A stretch of 22,250 nt of DNA, from positions 1 through 22,250 of the forward strand of contig CAZHPN010000094.1 in the NCBI GenBank assembly GCA_964534375.1, written 5' to 3'. Position 1 is the first letter of the stretch. The number at the start of each line of letters is the position of its first letter. Both the position numbers and the translations under genes were made by a program. The notes below the pieces were generated by a model. It did no database searches. It was given only the letters and a program-made list of their open reading frames with translations, and was not told the DNA's origin. Source of the stretch: an uncultured bacterium. Lineage in GTDB: Bacteria; Lernaellota; Lernaellaia; Lernaellales; Lernaellaceae. Positions 1 through 8,312 of this stretch are shown one piece after another.

Positions 1-2
1 GG

Positions 3-113
3 CCGTTTCCGTTCCTCGGAAACGTCTGGGGTTCCGGGCCGGGGGACGTCTTCGTCGTCGGCACCAACTCGGACTATTCAGGGGCGATTTACCACTACGG
101 CCCGCCGCAATGA
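3..113 (+). CDS. 3' end of a beta-propeller-type repeat protein (partial, starts before window)
   Basis: Manual translation from nt 3 gives PFPFLGNVWGSGPGDVFVVGTNSDYSGAIYHYGPPQ*, with TGA at 111-113. It matches the 'VWGSGPxDV(W/F)xVG...G.I.HY.G' repeat of secreted beta-propeller-like proteins. Confidence 0.6.
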   Translation, partial: PFPFLGNVWGSGPGDVFVVGTNSDYSGAIYHYGPPQ

Positions 114-122
114 TCGCCTCGC

Positions 123-481
123 GGAAACTAGGGACAGTTACCGGTTTTCTTGGCAGCCCTTCCCGTTTTGTTATTTGCTGGGCATGCCACCGTGTTGCGC
201 GCATCGTCGTCCCGGGTTGTCGGCGCCATATCACTCAACGCGGAAACAATCGCCAAGACGTTTTTTTGACGGACGGCGTCCGGCGCCTCCACTTAAATGC
301 GTCGCCCGACGAAAAGCGGGAAGCGCTGAGCAAACTTCGGCTTCACACCAACCGCGGCCGGCCGTTGGGCAGCGACGGTTTCGTAGCCAGGTTGGCGGCC
401 ACGTTGAATCGCCGGCGGCGCCCGCGTCCCGAAGGCCGGCCGCGGAAAAAGGACGAAAACTGGTGACTGTCCCGTGTTTTC
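123..481. mobile_element. MITE-like derivative of a RAYT/TnpA(Y1) element bounded by imperfect terminal inverted repeats
   Basis: 123-149 GGAAACTAGGGACAGTTACCGGTTTTC matches the reverse complement of 455-481 (GAAAACACGGGACAGTCACCAGTTTTC) at 22/27 positions, and at 17/19 in the core. The repeats enclose the transposase remnant. Confidence 0.65.
184..466 (+). pseudogene. REP-associated tyrosine transposase (RAYT, HUH Y1 family) pseudogene, frameshifted and internally deleted
   Basis: ATG CCA at 184, one extra base, then RVARIVVPGCRRHITQRGNNRQDVF, a typical RAYT N-terminus. This joins almost directly to LRLHTNRGRPLGSDGFVARL...RPRPEGRPRKK, a typical C-terminus. The central HUH and catalytic Tyr region is missing. 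Confidence 0.8.
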
Positions 482-544
482 TGATAGCCAGGCGACGGCG
501 CGAAGCCCACGTTCGCGGCCAATGCCGGGTCAAGGAGACCGCGG

Positions 545-901
545 GTTTGCGGGAGTGGCGGGAGTGGCGGGAGTGTTTCCGCCCCTTCCGCACGGCTTTA
601 CACTATTGTTAACTTCATTTTTTTCCTTAAGCCCCAGCATAGGGAAACACTACTAGCACTCCCGCAAACGCTTTATTTTCGCATAGTTAGGAGGCGGGAG
701 TGCTCTTTTTTCGATTTTCGCACTCCCGCACTCCCGCAAACGCTTTGTTTTCAACTACTTAGATGTCTCGCAGAGCGCTTTTTTCGACCCGCGCGCGTGA
801 GCACTCCCGCAAATGGCCTGATTTCAAGCACTTAGCGCAATGGACCTGGTTTTTCGAGCGGCGGCCCACGGCCGCCATGAGCTAAGCCGATGAAAGTAAA
901 G
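545..901. repeat. Complex repeat region: 8 copies of GCGGGAGTG/CACTCCCGC, three 35-bp direct repeats and IHF-like boxes
   Basis: GCGGGAGTG at 549, 558, 567, 694; CACTCCCGC at 657, 721, 729, 802. The 35-bp units lie at 656-690, 728-762 and 801-835. An inverted copy of the unit's 3' half lies at 882-901. Confidence 0.85.
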
Positions 902-1236
902 GATTTTTTGGACTACGTGGAGATGAACACCGGTCTCGAACCGGCGTTCCTTCCACGAACCGTGTACGTTTGTGCACCGTCTTCCTGTAATTTCCTTAAC
1001 GAAAAGAAAGTATTGAAAAAGCCGGAAGACTATCCAATACACTGCACACGCAGTCGGCGACGCGTCGCGCCTAATCGGCATCGGCGGCGGCCCTTGATGC
1101 GCACACGTCTCCGGTTGCCCGCAAAATCGCCCCTCATTTGTTTTTCGTTTGGGCCATTGCGCAGGTTGCGATGATTCAGATTGTTTGGTACGTTTTGCTT
1201 GGCGCCTTTCCGAATAATTGCCGTCAGGGGGAGAAA

Positions 1237-3729
1237 ATGCGTCGACTCATCGTTTGCGCGTTGGTGCTGTGGTTGGCCGCTTGCATGGGTTCCAACGGCC
1301 CGGCCCGGCCGTCTGCCGCCGACCACCGGGTGACGGCGACGGGCAGTAAAACAGACCCCGTGCCGACGGCGACCGCGCTGCAGCGTCCGGGCGATCTCGG
1401 CGACGGTTCGATCGTCATGGTCAACGGCCGCGCCATCTCGCCGGTCGGGACGATGATCAACGTGCTCGATTATCCGAGCAAGATTCTCCTGCTGCCCAAT
1501 CGCAACCTCGCGATCTCCTCGATGCGCAGCCCGGGCGTGACGCTCGTCGACGGCACGTCGTTTACGCAGATCGCGAACGTCGCCATGACCAATGCCTTCT
1601 ACGGTTTGGCGGCCAACGCCGCGGGCGACAAGTTGTGGGTCAGCGGCGGCTATGACGAAAACGTTTACGAATACGACATTTCGACCGGCACGCCGGCGCT
1701 GATCGCCACGCTCGGCAGCCGCTGCATCCCGTCCGGCGTCGCCCTGACGCCCGATCAAACGAAGTTGCTGGTTTGCGATTCCTGGGGCTCCGCGGTGCAG
1801 ATCTACAATGCGGCCACCGGCGCCGTCGAGATGACCGCGCCCGCCAACATGTATCCCTATCAGGTCCTCGTGTCCGCCGACGGCACGGAAGCGTACGTCT
1901 CCAACTGGGGCGACGACACCGTGACCATCCTCGACGTGGCCGCCGGCCAGCGCCTGGCCGACGTGGCGGTCGGCTTGCACCCCGAGGGCCTGGCGCTCTC
2001 GCCCGACGGCAAGACGCTGTACGTGGCCAACTCCGACAGCGACACGGTGAGCGTGGTCGACCTGACGCTGCGCCAGACGACCGCCGAATACAACATCTAC
2101 GAGGCCGCAACGGTCGACGGCGCGACGCCGATCGACCTGGTCGTCTCGCCCGACGGCTCGACGTTGTACGTCGCGGCGGCGGGCCTCAACGCGGTGGTCG
2201 TGCTCGATGCGGCCGCCGGAACGATCAAGGGCATGATTCCGGCGGGCTACTACCCCTCCGCCGTCGCGCTGGATCCCGTGCAAAACGTGCTCTACGTCGG
2301 CAACGGCAAGGGCGGCGGCATCCCCGGCGGCACGCCGAGCGAAGGCGTCGACATGAGCGGCACGCTGCAAAAAATCGACATTCCGAACGCCGGCCAACTG
2401 GCGTCGTGGACGCAAATGGTGAACGCCAACTTGACGCGCACGTCGCTGTATTGGCAATCGCTGTCGTTCCAAAGCCCGATCCCGACGCAACGCGGGCAGC
2501 AATCGCAGCAGATCAAGCGCGTCATTTTCATCATGAAGGAAAACAAAACGTTCGATCAGGTGTTCGGCGACATGGCCACCACCGACCACGACCCGTCGCT
2601 GCTGGAGTTCGGCCAGGCTTACACGCCCAACGCCCACGCGCTGGCGTCGCAGTTCACGATCGGCGACAACTATTACTCGGAAGCGAATGTCAGCTTGCAG
2701 GGCCACATGTGGTCGGTCGACATGTTTTCCAACGACTACAATGAGAAGGCCTGGGCGACGAACGGCCGCGAGCCGCTGCCCAACGACGAGCCGGCGGCGC
2801 GCCCGAGCAAAGGCGATATTTTCGAGAATCTGCTGAAGAACAAGGTGTCGTTCCGCGTCTACGGGCAGGTGCTGGCGCTGGCCGACCTCGGCAACATTGC
2901 ACCGTACGTCGATCTCAAGTACGGTTTCTGGAACCAGTCGGTCTCCGACGAAACCAAGGCGGCGGAAGTCATCCGTGAATTGAAATCGGGCATTTGGCCG
3001 CAATTGATCTACATCAGCCTGCCCAACGACCATACGCAAGGCACGACCGCGGGCGTGCCCACGCCGCAATACGACGTCGGCGACAACGACGCCGGCCTGG
3101 GCGATCTGCTCACCTACATTACGCACACCCCGCAGTGGAGCGAAACGGCGGTCTTCGTGATGGAAGACGACCCGCAATCCGGCGCCGACCACGTCGATCC
3201 GCACCGCAGCGAGTTACTGGTGATCTCGCCGTGGGCCAAGCACAACTATGTTTCGAGCGTGCTGTATTCGATGTCGTCGGTCTGGATGACGGTCGAGATG
3301 ATCCTCGGCCTGCCGCCCTTGGCGGTGTACGACGAGAACACCAGCCCGATGTACGACGCCTTCACGATGACGCCCGACAACTCGACGTTTACGGGCGTGC
3401 CGAACCCGATCCCGCTGGCCTACAATGCGTCAGGCGCGCCGTTTTCCGACTATTGCAGCCATCAAGACTGGAGCGCGCCGGACCAGGCGCGGAATCTAGG
3501 CGAAGTGCTCTGGGCCGTGATGCGGCCGGGCGTCCCGTGGCCGGCGAAGTATTCGATCGATTCGTACCCCGGCAGCGCCGGCGAAGACGAGAGTCTCGAC
3601 GCAGTCGCCTACGTCAACGCCGTAAAGGCGTTGGAAAAATATGCGCTCACGCACGGGCTGTGGGACGGTTCGCGCCTGCCGACGATTGCCGAACAAGTCG
3701 CCCGGGGCGAGTTGAAACCCGTTCGCTGA
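1237..3729 (+). CDS. Lipoprotein with YVTN/YncE beta-propeller fused to a phosphoesterase (alkaline phosphatase superfamily) domain
   Basis: ATG 1237 follows a GGGGAG RBS; signal peptide ends in lipobox LAAC. Repeated 'P.GLALSPDGKTLYVAN' blades, then phosphoesterase motifs IKRVIFIMKENKTFDQVFGD, TPNAHALA, LPNDHT and EDDPQSGADHVD. Confidence 0.88.
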   Translation: MRRLIVCALVLWLAACMGSNGPARPSAADHRVTATGSKTDPVPTATALQRPGDLGDGSIVMVNGRAISPVGTMINVLDYPSKILLLPNRNLAISSMRSPGVTLVDGTSFTQIANVAMTNAFYGLAANAAGDKLWVSGGYDENVYEYDISTGTPALIATLGSRCIPSGVALTPDQTKLLVCDSWGSAVQIYNAATGAVEMTAPANMYPYQVLVSADGTEAYVSNWGDDTVTILDVAAGQRLADVAVGLHPEGLALSPDGKTLYVANSDSDTVSVVDLTLRQTTAEYNIYEAATVDGATPIDLVVSPDGSTLYVAAAGLNAVVVLDAAAGTIKGMIPAGYYPSAVALDPVQNVLYVGNGKGGGIPGGTPSEGVDMSGTLQKIDIPNAGQLASWTQMVNANLTRTSLYWQSLSFQSPIPTQRGQQSQQIKRVIFIMKENKTFDQVFGDMATTDHDPSLLEFGQAYTPNAHALASQFTIGDNYYSEANVSLQGHMWSVDMFSNDYNEKAWATNGREPLPNDEPAARPSKGDIFENLLKNKVSFRVYGQVLALADLGNIAPYVDLKYGFWNQSVSDETKAAEVIRELKSGIWPQLIYISLPNDHTQGTTAGVPTPQYDVGDNDAGLGDLLTYITHTPQWSETAVFVMEDDPQSGADHVDPHRSELLVISPWAKHNYVSSVLYSMSSVWMTVEMILGLPPLAVYDENTSPMYDAFTMTPDNSTFTGVPNPIPLAYNASGAPFSDYCSHQDWSAPDQARNLGEVLWAVMRPGVPWPAKYSIDSYPGSAGEDESLDAVAYVNAVKALEKYALTHGLWDGSRLPTIAEQVARGELKPVR

Positions 3730-3794
3730 CAACGCCCCGTCCGCGCGGCGATAGACCCGGCGTGGCGTCGACGACCGCGCGGCACGAATTTTTG

Positions 3795-5729
3795 ATGATT
3801 GAATTCCGTTATCTCTGGCGGCTTTTTCTTTGCATCTGCGCCGTAGCGGCCGGCGGCGGGGCGTTCGCCGACGACAAGGGCACCGCGGACGCCGACCACG
3901 AACTGCCGGAGGTCACCGTCAAAGCGAAGAATCTCAACGAGTCGACCCAGGACCCGCCGGCTTTCGTCGAGGTCATCGAGATGAACCAGTTCGTCGGGCG
4001 CATGGTTTCGACCGAGGAAGTATTGCGCCAGGCGGCGGGCGTCAACGTGCGCAATTTCGGCGGCCTGGGCGCGTACTCGACGGTGTCGATTCGCGGCTCG
4101 AGCAGCGACCAGGTGGTCGTGCTGCTGGACGGCATGCGGCTCAACGAAGCGGCCGGCGGCGGCGTCGATCTCGGCTCGATCCCGCCCGAGCAAATTCAAC
4201 GGATCGAGGTCTTCCGCGGCGGCGACTCCGCGTTGTTCGGCGAGGGCGCCATCGGCGGGGTGGTCAACATCGTCACCCGCGACGGCGCCGGCGGCCCGCA
4301 CACGGACGTGACGACGACCTACGGTTCGTTCAACACCTTGCGGCTGGCCGCGTCGCGCGCGGATGGCGACGAACATTGGCGCTACTACGCCGGCGGCTCG
4401 TATTTTCATACGGACGGCGATTATGACTTCCACAACGACCATGGCGCGACCCTGGACTCGCGAAATGTGACGATCGACCGGCGCGAAAACAACGCCATCG
4501 ACGCCCGCGACGTGCTGACGCGCGTCGGCTGGAGCCCAAGCGTCCATCTCGACGTGACCGCGCAAAACGACTTCTATTCCTCGGACTCAGGCTCGCCGGG
4601 CCTGGTGACGTTTCCCTCCCCCGACGCGCACAAGCGACTGGACCGCGACCTGGCGTCGGTGTCGTTCGCTTTGACGGGCCTGGGGACCCCCGGGCTCGGC
4701 GCCAAGACGGTGCTGAGCAATCGTTGGGAGTGGTCGAGCTTTCGCGATCAATACGGCGAAGAGACCGGCGTGCCGATCTTCGACACGCAAACGGAAGAAG
4801 AGCCGGCGCTCGAGCAAACGATTTCGTACGCCTGGGGCGCGCATCAATTGTGGACGCTGATGGGCGGCTTGCGCCGGACGCTGCTGTACGATCCGGAATT
4901 TCACAATCCGTCGCGCGATTCGTGGGCGACGTCGCTATCGGACCAGGTGCAGTTTTTTCATGCGCGGCTCGTCGCCCTGGCCGCGATCCGCTACGACCAC
5001 GCATCGGATGTCGGCGGCCAATGGAGCCCGAAATTCGGCCTCGAGGGCAAGCCGTGGGAGCCGCTGACCCTCAAAGCCAACATCGGCCGCAGCTTTCGCG
5101 CGCCCGACTTCACCGAGTTGTATTTCAACCAAGGCCTGATTGTCGGCAATCCGTCGCTCCGGCCGGAAGAATCGCTGCACTACGACGCGGGCCTGCAGGC
5201 GGCCTGGCAGCCGTGGTTTTTTTTCGAGGGGGCGTACTTTCGCAACGACGTGGTCGATTTGATCGAGTATGAGCTCATCGGCGGCTTTCGCTTCAAACCG
5301 TTCAACATCGGCAAGGCCCTGCTCGAGGGCGCCGAGCTTTCGCTGCGCACGGGCTGGCCGCCGTACGTTTTGCTGAGCGGCGCGTACACGCTGACCTACG
5401 CGCTGGACGAAACGAACTTCCCCAATCGCTTCGACCGCCAGATTCCCGGCCGGCCGCGGCACGTCGCCTTCGGCCGCATCGAGGGCCACGCCGGCCCGGT
5501 CGCGCCGTTTGTCGAATTCAATTACGTGGGGGGCAATTTCGTCACCGAGGCGGACACGAAACTGTTGCCGGACCGCAAAATCTGGAACGCCGGGCTGACC
5601 GTCGACACGCCCACCGGCGGGCGATTCGGCTTGGAAGTCAAGAACCTGACGGACGCGCAAGTCGTGGACGTGCGTGGGTTTCCGCTGCCGGGCCGGGCGA
5701 TCTACGGGACCTTTGTCTACGCGTTTTGA
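3795..5729 (+). CDS. TonB-dependent outer-membrane receptor, BtuB-like
   Basis: Signal peptide from ATG 3795; TonB-box-like LPEVTVKA. Plug motifs VSIRGSSSDQVVVLLDG and IQRIEVFRGGDSALFGEGAIGGVVNIVT; barrel motifs SFRAPDFTELY and GNPSLRPE; C-terminal PLPGR...F. Confidence 0.92.
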   Translation: MIEFRYLWRLFLCICAVAAGGGAFADDKGTADADHELPEVTVKAKNLNESTQDPPAFVEVIEMNQFVGRMVSTEEVLRQAAGVNVRNFGGLGAYSTVSIRGSSSDQVVVLLDGMRLNEAAGGGVDLGSIPPEQIQRIEVFRGGDSALFGEGAIGGVVNIVTRDGAGGPHTDVTTTYGSFNTLRLAASRADGDEHWRYYAGGSYFHTDGDYDFHNDHGATLDSRNVTIDRRENNAIDARDVLTRVGWSPSVHLDVTAQNDFYSSDSGSPGLVTFPSPDAHKRLDRDLASVSFALTGLGTPGLGAKTVLSNRWEWSSFRDQYGEETGVPIFDTQTEEEPALEQTISYAWGAHQLWTLMGGLRRTLLYDPEFHNPSRDSWATSLSDQVQFFHARLVALAAIRYDHASDVGGQWSPKFGLEGKPWEPLTLKANIGRSFRAPDFTELYFNQGLIVGNPSLRPEESLHYDAGLQAAWQPWFFFEGAYFRNDVVDLIEYELIGGFRFKPFNIGKALLEGAELSLRTGWPPYVLLSGAYTLTYALDETNFPNRFDRQIPGRPRHVAFGRIEGHAGPVAPFVEFNYVGGNFVTEADTKLLPDRKIWNAGLTVDTPTGGRFGLEVKNLTDAQVVDVRGFPLPGRAIYGTFVYAF

Positions 5730-5798
5730 CGAGCGGAGATGGAACTCGGGCGTCGGCCGCCAGAGACGGCCGCGCTACGCCGGCGAAAAACGCGGACG

Positions 5799-6383
5799 CT
5801 AATCTTCGAAAATCGGATTTTTGAGTTCGATCTCGACGGGCGCCGGCCCGACGGGATTGACCGCCGACATCGCGGCGCCGACCGCGCGCTTCTGTTGCAC
5901 GACGGCGACCGCGGCGCGGAATTCGTCCCACCACGGCTTGGCCAATTCGCGGCGGCTGATGCCCTCCGGCGCGACTTTGATGTCGTAGCGGGCCAAGCCG
6001 ATGTCGAAGCCGCTGAGCCGCACCGTTTCCGGATCCATGCCCAACTCGGCGGCCTTGCCTTGCAACTGCACGCACGACATGCCGAACCGCCGGGCGATCT
6101 CCGCCGGACTTTGCGGCCGATAGCCTCCTTCCGCGGTGATGCCCAGGTGCAGCGCGCAAAACAGATCGAAGGGATCGATCCCGCGACGATCAATGATGAT
6201 CACCGGGGACGAGGACGGCCCCATCGGCGGGCGACGCGGATCGGCGACGACGGGGTGCGGTTGCGCTCGGTGATGCGGCGGCTCGGGTTCGCACGGGTTC
6301 CCGGGTTTCGCCGGGGCGTTGTCGAAGCGTCGCGCCGGCGCTTTGCCGCGCTTGCGCTGAAAGTACGGACTTTTTCGGTCCAC
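5799..6383 (-). CDS. Conserved hypothetical protein with a possible HTH-like segment
   Basis: GTG at 6383 follows AAGGAG. Pro-rich N-terminus, then a globular-looking part IDPFDLFCALHLGITAEGGYRPQSPAEIARRFG...DIKVAPEGISRRELAK. Confidence 0.65.
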   Translation of the reverse strand: MDRKSPYFQRKRGKAPARRFDNAPAKPGNPCEPEPPHHRAQPHPVVADPRRPPMGPSSSPVIIIDRRGIDPFDLFCALHLGITAEGGYRPQSPAEIARRFGMSCVQLQGKAAELGMDPETVRLSGFDIGLARYDIKVAPEGISRRELAKPWWDEFRAAVAVVQQKRAVGAAMSAVNPVGPAPVEIELKNPIFED

Positions 6384-6578
6384 GGGCTCTCCTTGACGTA
6401 ACATTTTAGCGATTTTGGTCGGCGATTAATTTTTACTCAACTTGTCGCCGGAACGATACTCCAGAGAACGGCGTCTCCAACGTGACGCCATCGATCATAA
6501 CCAAAAGCGCCCACCTTGTCCAGCGCGGTTTTCAACAAACATTTGCGCCGCCAGGTCGCCGCGATTTCGGCCGCCCGA

Positions 6579-7805
6579 TCACTCCAAAACGCTGACGCTG
6601 TCCGAGAGAAAATTGCTCACATAAACGCGGGCGCCGTCGGCCGACGAGACCAGGCTGCATGGATCGCGGCCTACCGGAATCGCGTCCGCGACGGTCATGT
6701 CGGACGCATCGACGACGGCCACGGCGCCGCGCCGGCCCTCGGCGCCGGCCAGCGCCGCGTACAACTCCCGGCCGTCCGCCGCGATCGCCAAGTCTTCCGG
6801 ATCGGCCGGCAGGACCGCGTAGCCGTCGGCTTCCCGCGCGCGGAGGTCAACACGGGTAATCGAGGCGCCCTTGCTGTCGAGGGTGAACGCCCACGCGCCG
6901 TCCGGCGAGGCGACCATTTTTTCCGGGGCCGCGCCGACCGGGATCGTGCGCAGCAACCGCCGGCTGGCGACGTCGAAAACGGCGACCGAGTCGGCCGTGC
7001 GCTCGGCGACGAGCAGATTCGCGCCGCCGTGAGTGAACAATGTGTGCCGTGCCTGCGCGCCGCCCAAGCCGAGGCTGTCGAGGGTGCGGCCGGCCTGGCG
7101 CGGATCGAACAAATACACCGGTTGCTGCACGGGGGTGAAATCCTTGCCCTTCACCTGCCACAGGCCGCTGCTGGCGACCGCGAGTTGACCGTCGCGGCGG
7201 ATCGTGAGCGAACCGGGCGGCGTGGGAAACACGACGTAGCCGTCGATGCGCAACGTGTTCACGTCGATCAGCGCGGCCTGCGGCGGCTGGGCGATGGTCA
7301 CCACCAGCCGGTCGACGTCCGGCGCGAGCGCCATGTCCGCAATGTTGCCGCCGACATTGATCTGCGCGACCGTTTCGCCGGCGGCGTCGAGCACGTGCAC
7401 GAAGCGGCCGTTCATGCCGACCGCGTAGACCTGCCGCCGGCGGTCGTCGTATGCCAGCTTGTAAATGCGTTCAAACAGCGGCTGGCTGGTCCACCGCGGC
7501 TGGAGGCTGTCGGTGTCGAGGGCCGTCACCCGCCCGCTGCCGGCGCACGCGACGTAGAGGGTGTCGTCGGCGGGCGAGAGCAGCAGACCGAGCGGCCGTT
7601 CGCAAACTCTGACTTCTTCGCGTTCGACCTGGAGCCGAAGATGGCCGGGCGCCGTCGGCGCGAACGTGGGCGGCGGCTTGGCGCGCGCCGCCTCGGATGC
7701 GGGCGGATCGGTGGCCGGCGCGCGCACCGAGAGGTCGTCGCAAGCAAACGCCGCGGCGGCGACCAACGTCAGCCAAACGGCCAGATATCGCAGGCGCCGA
7801 ATCAC
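6579..7805 (-). CDS. YncE/YVTN beta-propeller lipoprotein
   Basis: GTG start with GGGAGG upstream; lipobox AFAC. Repeated blades, e.g. IPVGAAPEKMVASPDG and IPVGRDPCSLVSSADGARVYVSNFLSDSVSVLE. Confidence 0.85.
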   Translation of the reverse strand: MIRRLRYLAVWLTLVAAAAFACDDLSVRAPATDPPASEAARAKPPPTFAPTAPGHLRLQVEREEVRVCERPLGLLLSPADDTLYVACAGSGRVTALDTDSLQPRWTSQPLFERIYKLAYDDRRRQVYAVGMNGRFVHVLDAAGETVAQINVGGNIADMALAPDVDRLVVTIAQPPQAALIDVNTLRIDGYVVFPTPPGSLTIRRDGQLAVASSGLWQVKGKDFTPVQQPVYLFDPRQAGRTLDSLGLGGAQARHTLFTHGGANLLVAERTADSVAVFDVASRRLLRTIPVGAAPEKMVASPDGAWAFTLDSKGASITRVDLRAREADGYAVLPADPEDLAIAADGRELYAALAGAEGRRGAVAVVDASDMTVADAIPVGRDPCSLVSSADGARVYVSNFLSDSVSVLE

Positions 7806-7844
7806 GTCGCCGATAACCTCCCCATTCCGGGTCGAGCGGCCGAT

Positions 7845-8153
7845 TTATCGCGGCCAATCCTCGCCCGGGCGAGCGGCCCACGGGCTGCAACGCCAGATGC
7901 GTTTCGCGGCCAGCCACCCGCCGCGATACGCGCCGAAGCGGCGAATCGCCAACTCGCCGTAGACCGAGCAGGTCGGCGTGTACTGACAACCGAACCGCAG
8001 CCCCAGCACCGGCGAAACTGCTTGCCACGCGTGAACAACCGCCAACATCGCGCCGGCCCCCCATTGGTTCTCGGGCACGCGCTGCGCGTCCACCGCGGCC
8101 GCCGCCACGAAAAGCGCGATCAGCAGAATCGTCCATTTTCGGCCCACGGCCAC
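7845..8153 (-). CDS. yidD: YidD-like membrane protein insertion efficiency factor homolog with N-terminal hydrophobic segment
   Basis: WQAVSP...[37 protein letters not shown] matches the three-Cys YidD signature. Start is GTG 8153 or 8147 after AAGGAG. Confidence 0.8.
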   Translation of the reverse strand: MAVGRKWTILLIALFVAAAAVDAQRVPENQWGAGAMLAVVHAWQAVSPVLGLRFGCQYTPTCSVYGELAIRRFGAYRGGWLAAKRIWRCSPWAARPGEDWPR

Positions 8154-8312
8154 CGGTCTCCTTCGCCGAACGTCGATCGCCAAGCGCACCGAAAAAAAGG
8201 CGCTTTTGGTAAATACCGTGGCTGGCCGCGCGGCACAAGGGCGGATCTTGCCGCGCTTGCAATGCGGCGGCCCTCGCCCTATGGTCTATGGACATAACTG
8301 CACGGAACGTCG

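Noticed and set aside
656..835. CRISPR array (35-bp repeats, 37-38 nt gaps)
   Set aside because: The repeats diverge in their 3' halves, the gaps resemble each other and one contains the repeat 9-mer. There are only three units and no cas genes in the window.
890..1174. 94-aa ORF MKVKDFLDYVEMNTG...
   Set aside because: No recognisable motif or SD, and its start overlaps the inverted repeat half-unit. It cannot be supported, though a gene fragment is not excluded.
1185..1200. Sigma54 promoter-like TTGGTACGTTTTGCTT
   Set aside because: GG-to-GC spacing is 8 nt instead of the required 10.
545..1236. Chromosomal oriC or dif site
   Set aside because: No DnaA boxes (TTATCCACA-like) or XerC/D dif consensus were seen.
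1030..3204. Long antisense and alternate-frame ORFs (e.g. 1030-3204, 6516-8297, 9032-11038, 16038-17426, 17699-19774)
   Set aside because: These are shadow ORFs expected from high-GC codon bias opposite well-supported genes; they are Arg/Ala/Gly-rich with no motifs.
3730..3794. Cobalamin riboswitch upstream of the BtuB-like gene
   Set aside because: The gap is only 65 nt and lacks the B12-box and GCCACTG motifs.
2994..3794. N-terminal extension of the 911-aa ORF
   Set aside because: It overlaps the phosphoesterase gene in another frame; the signal peptide begins at ATG 3795.
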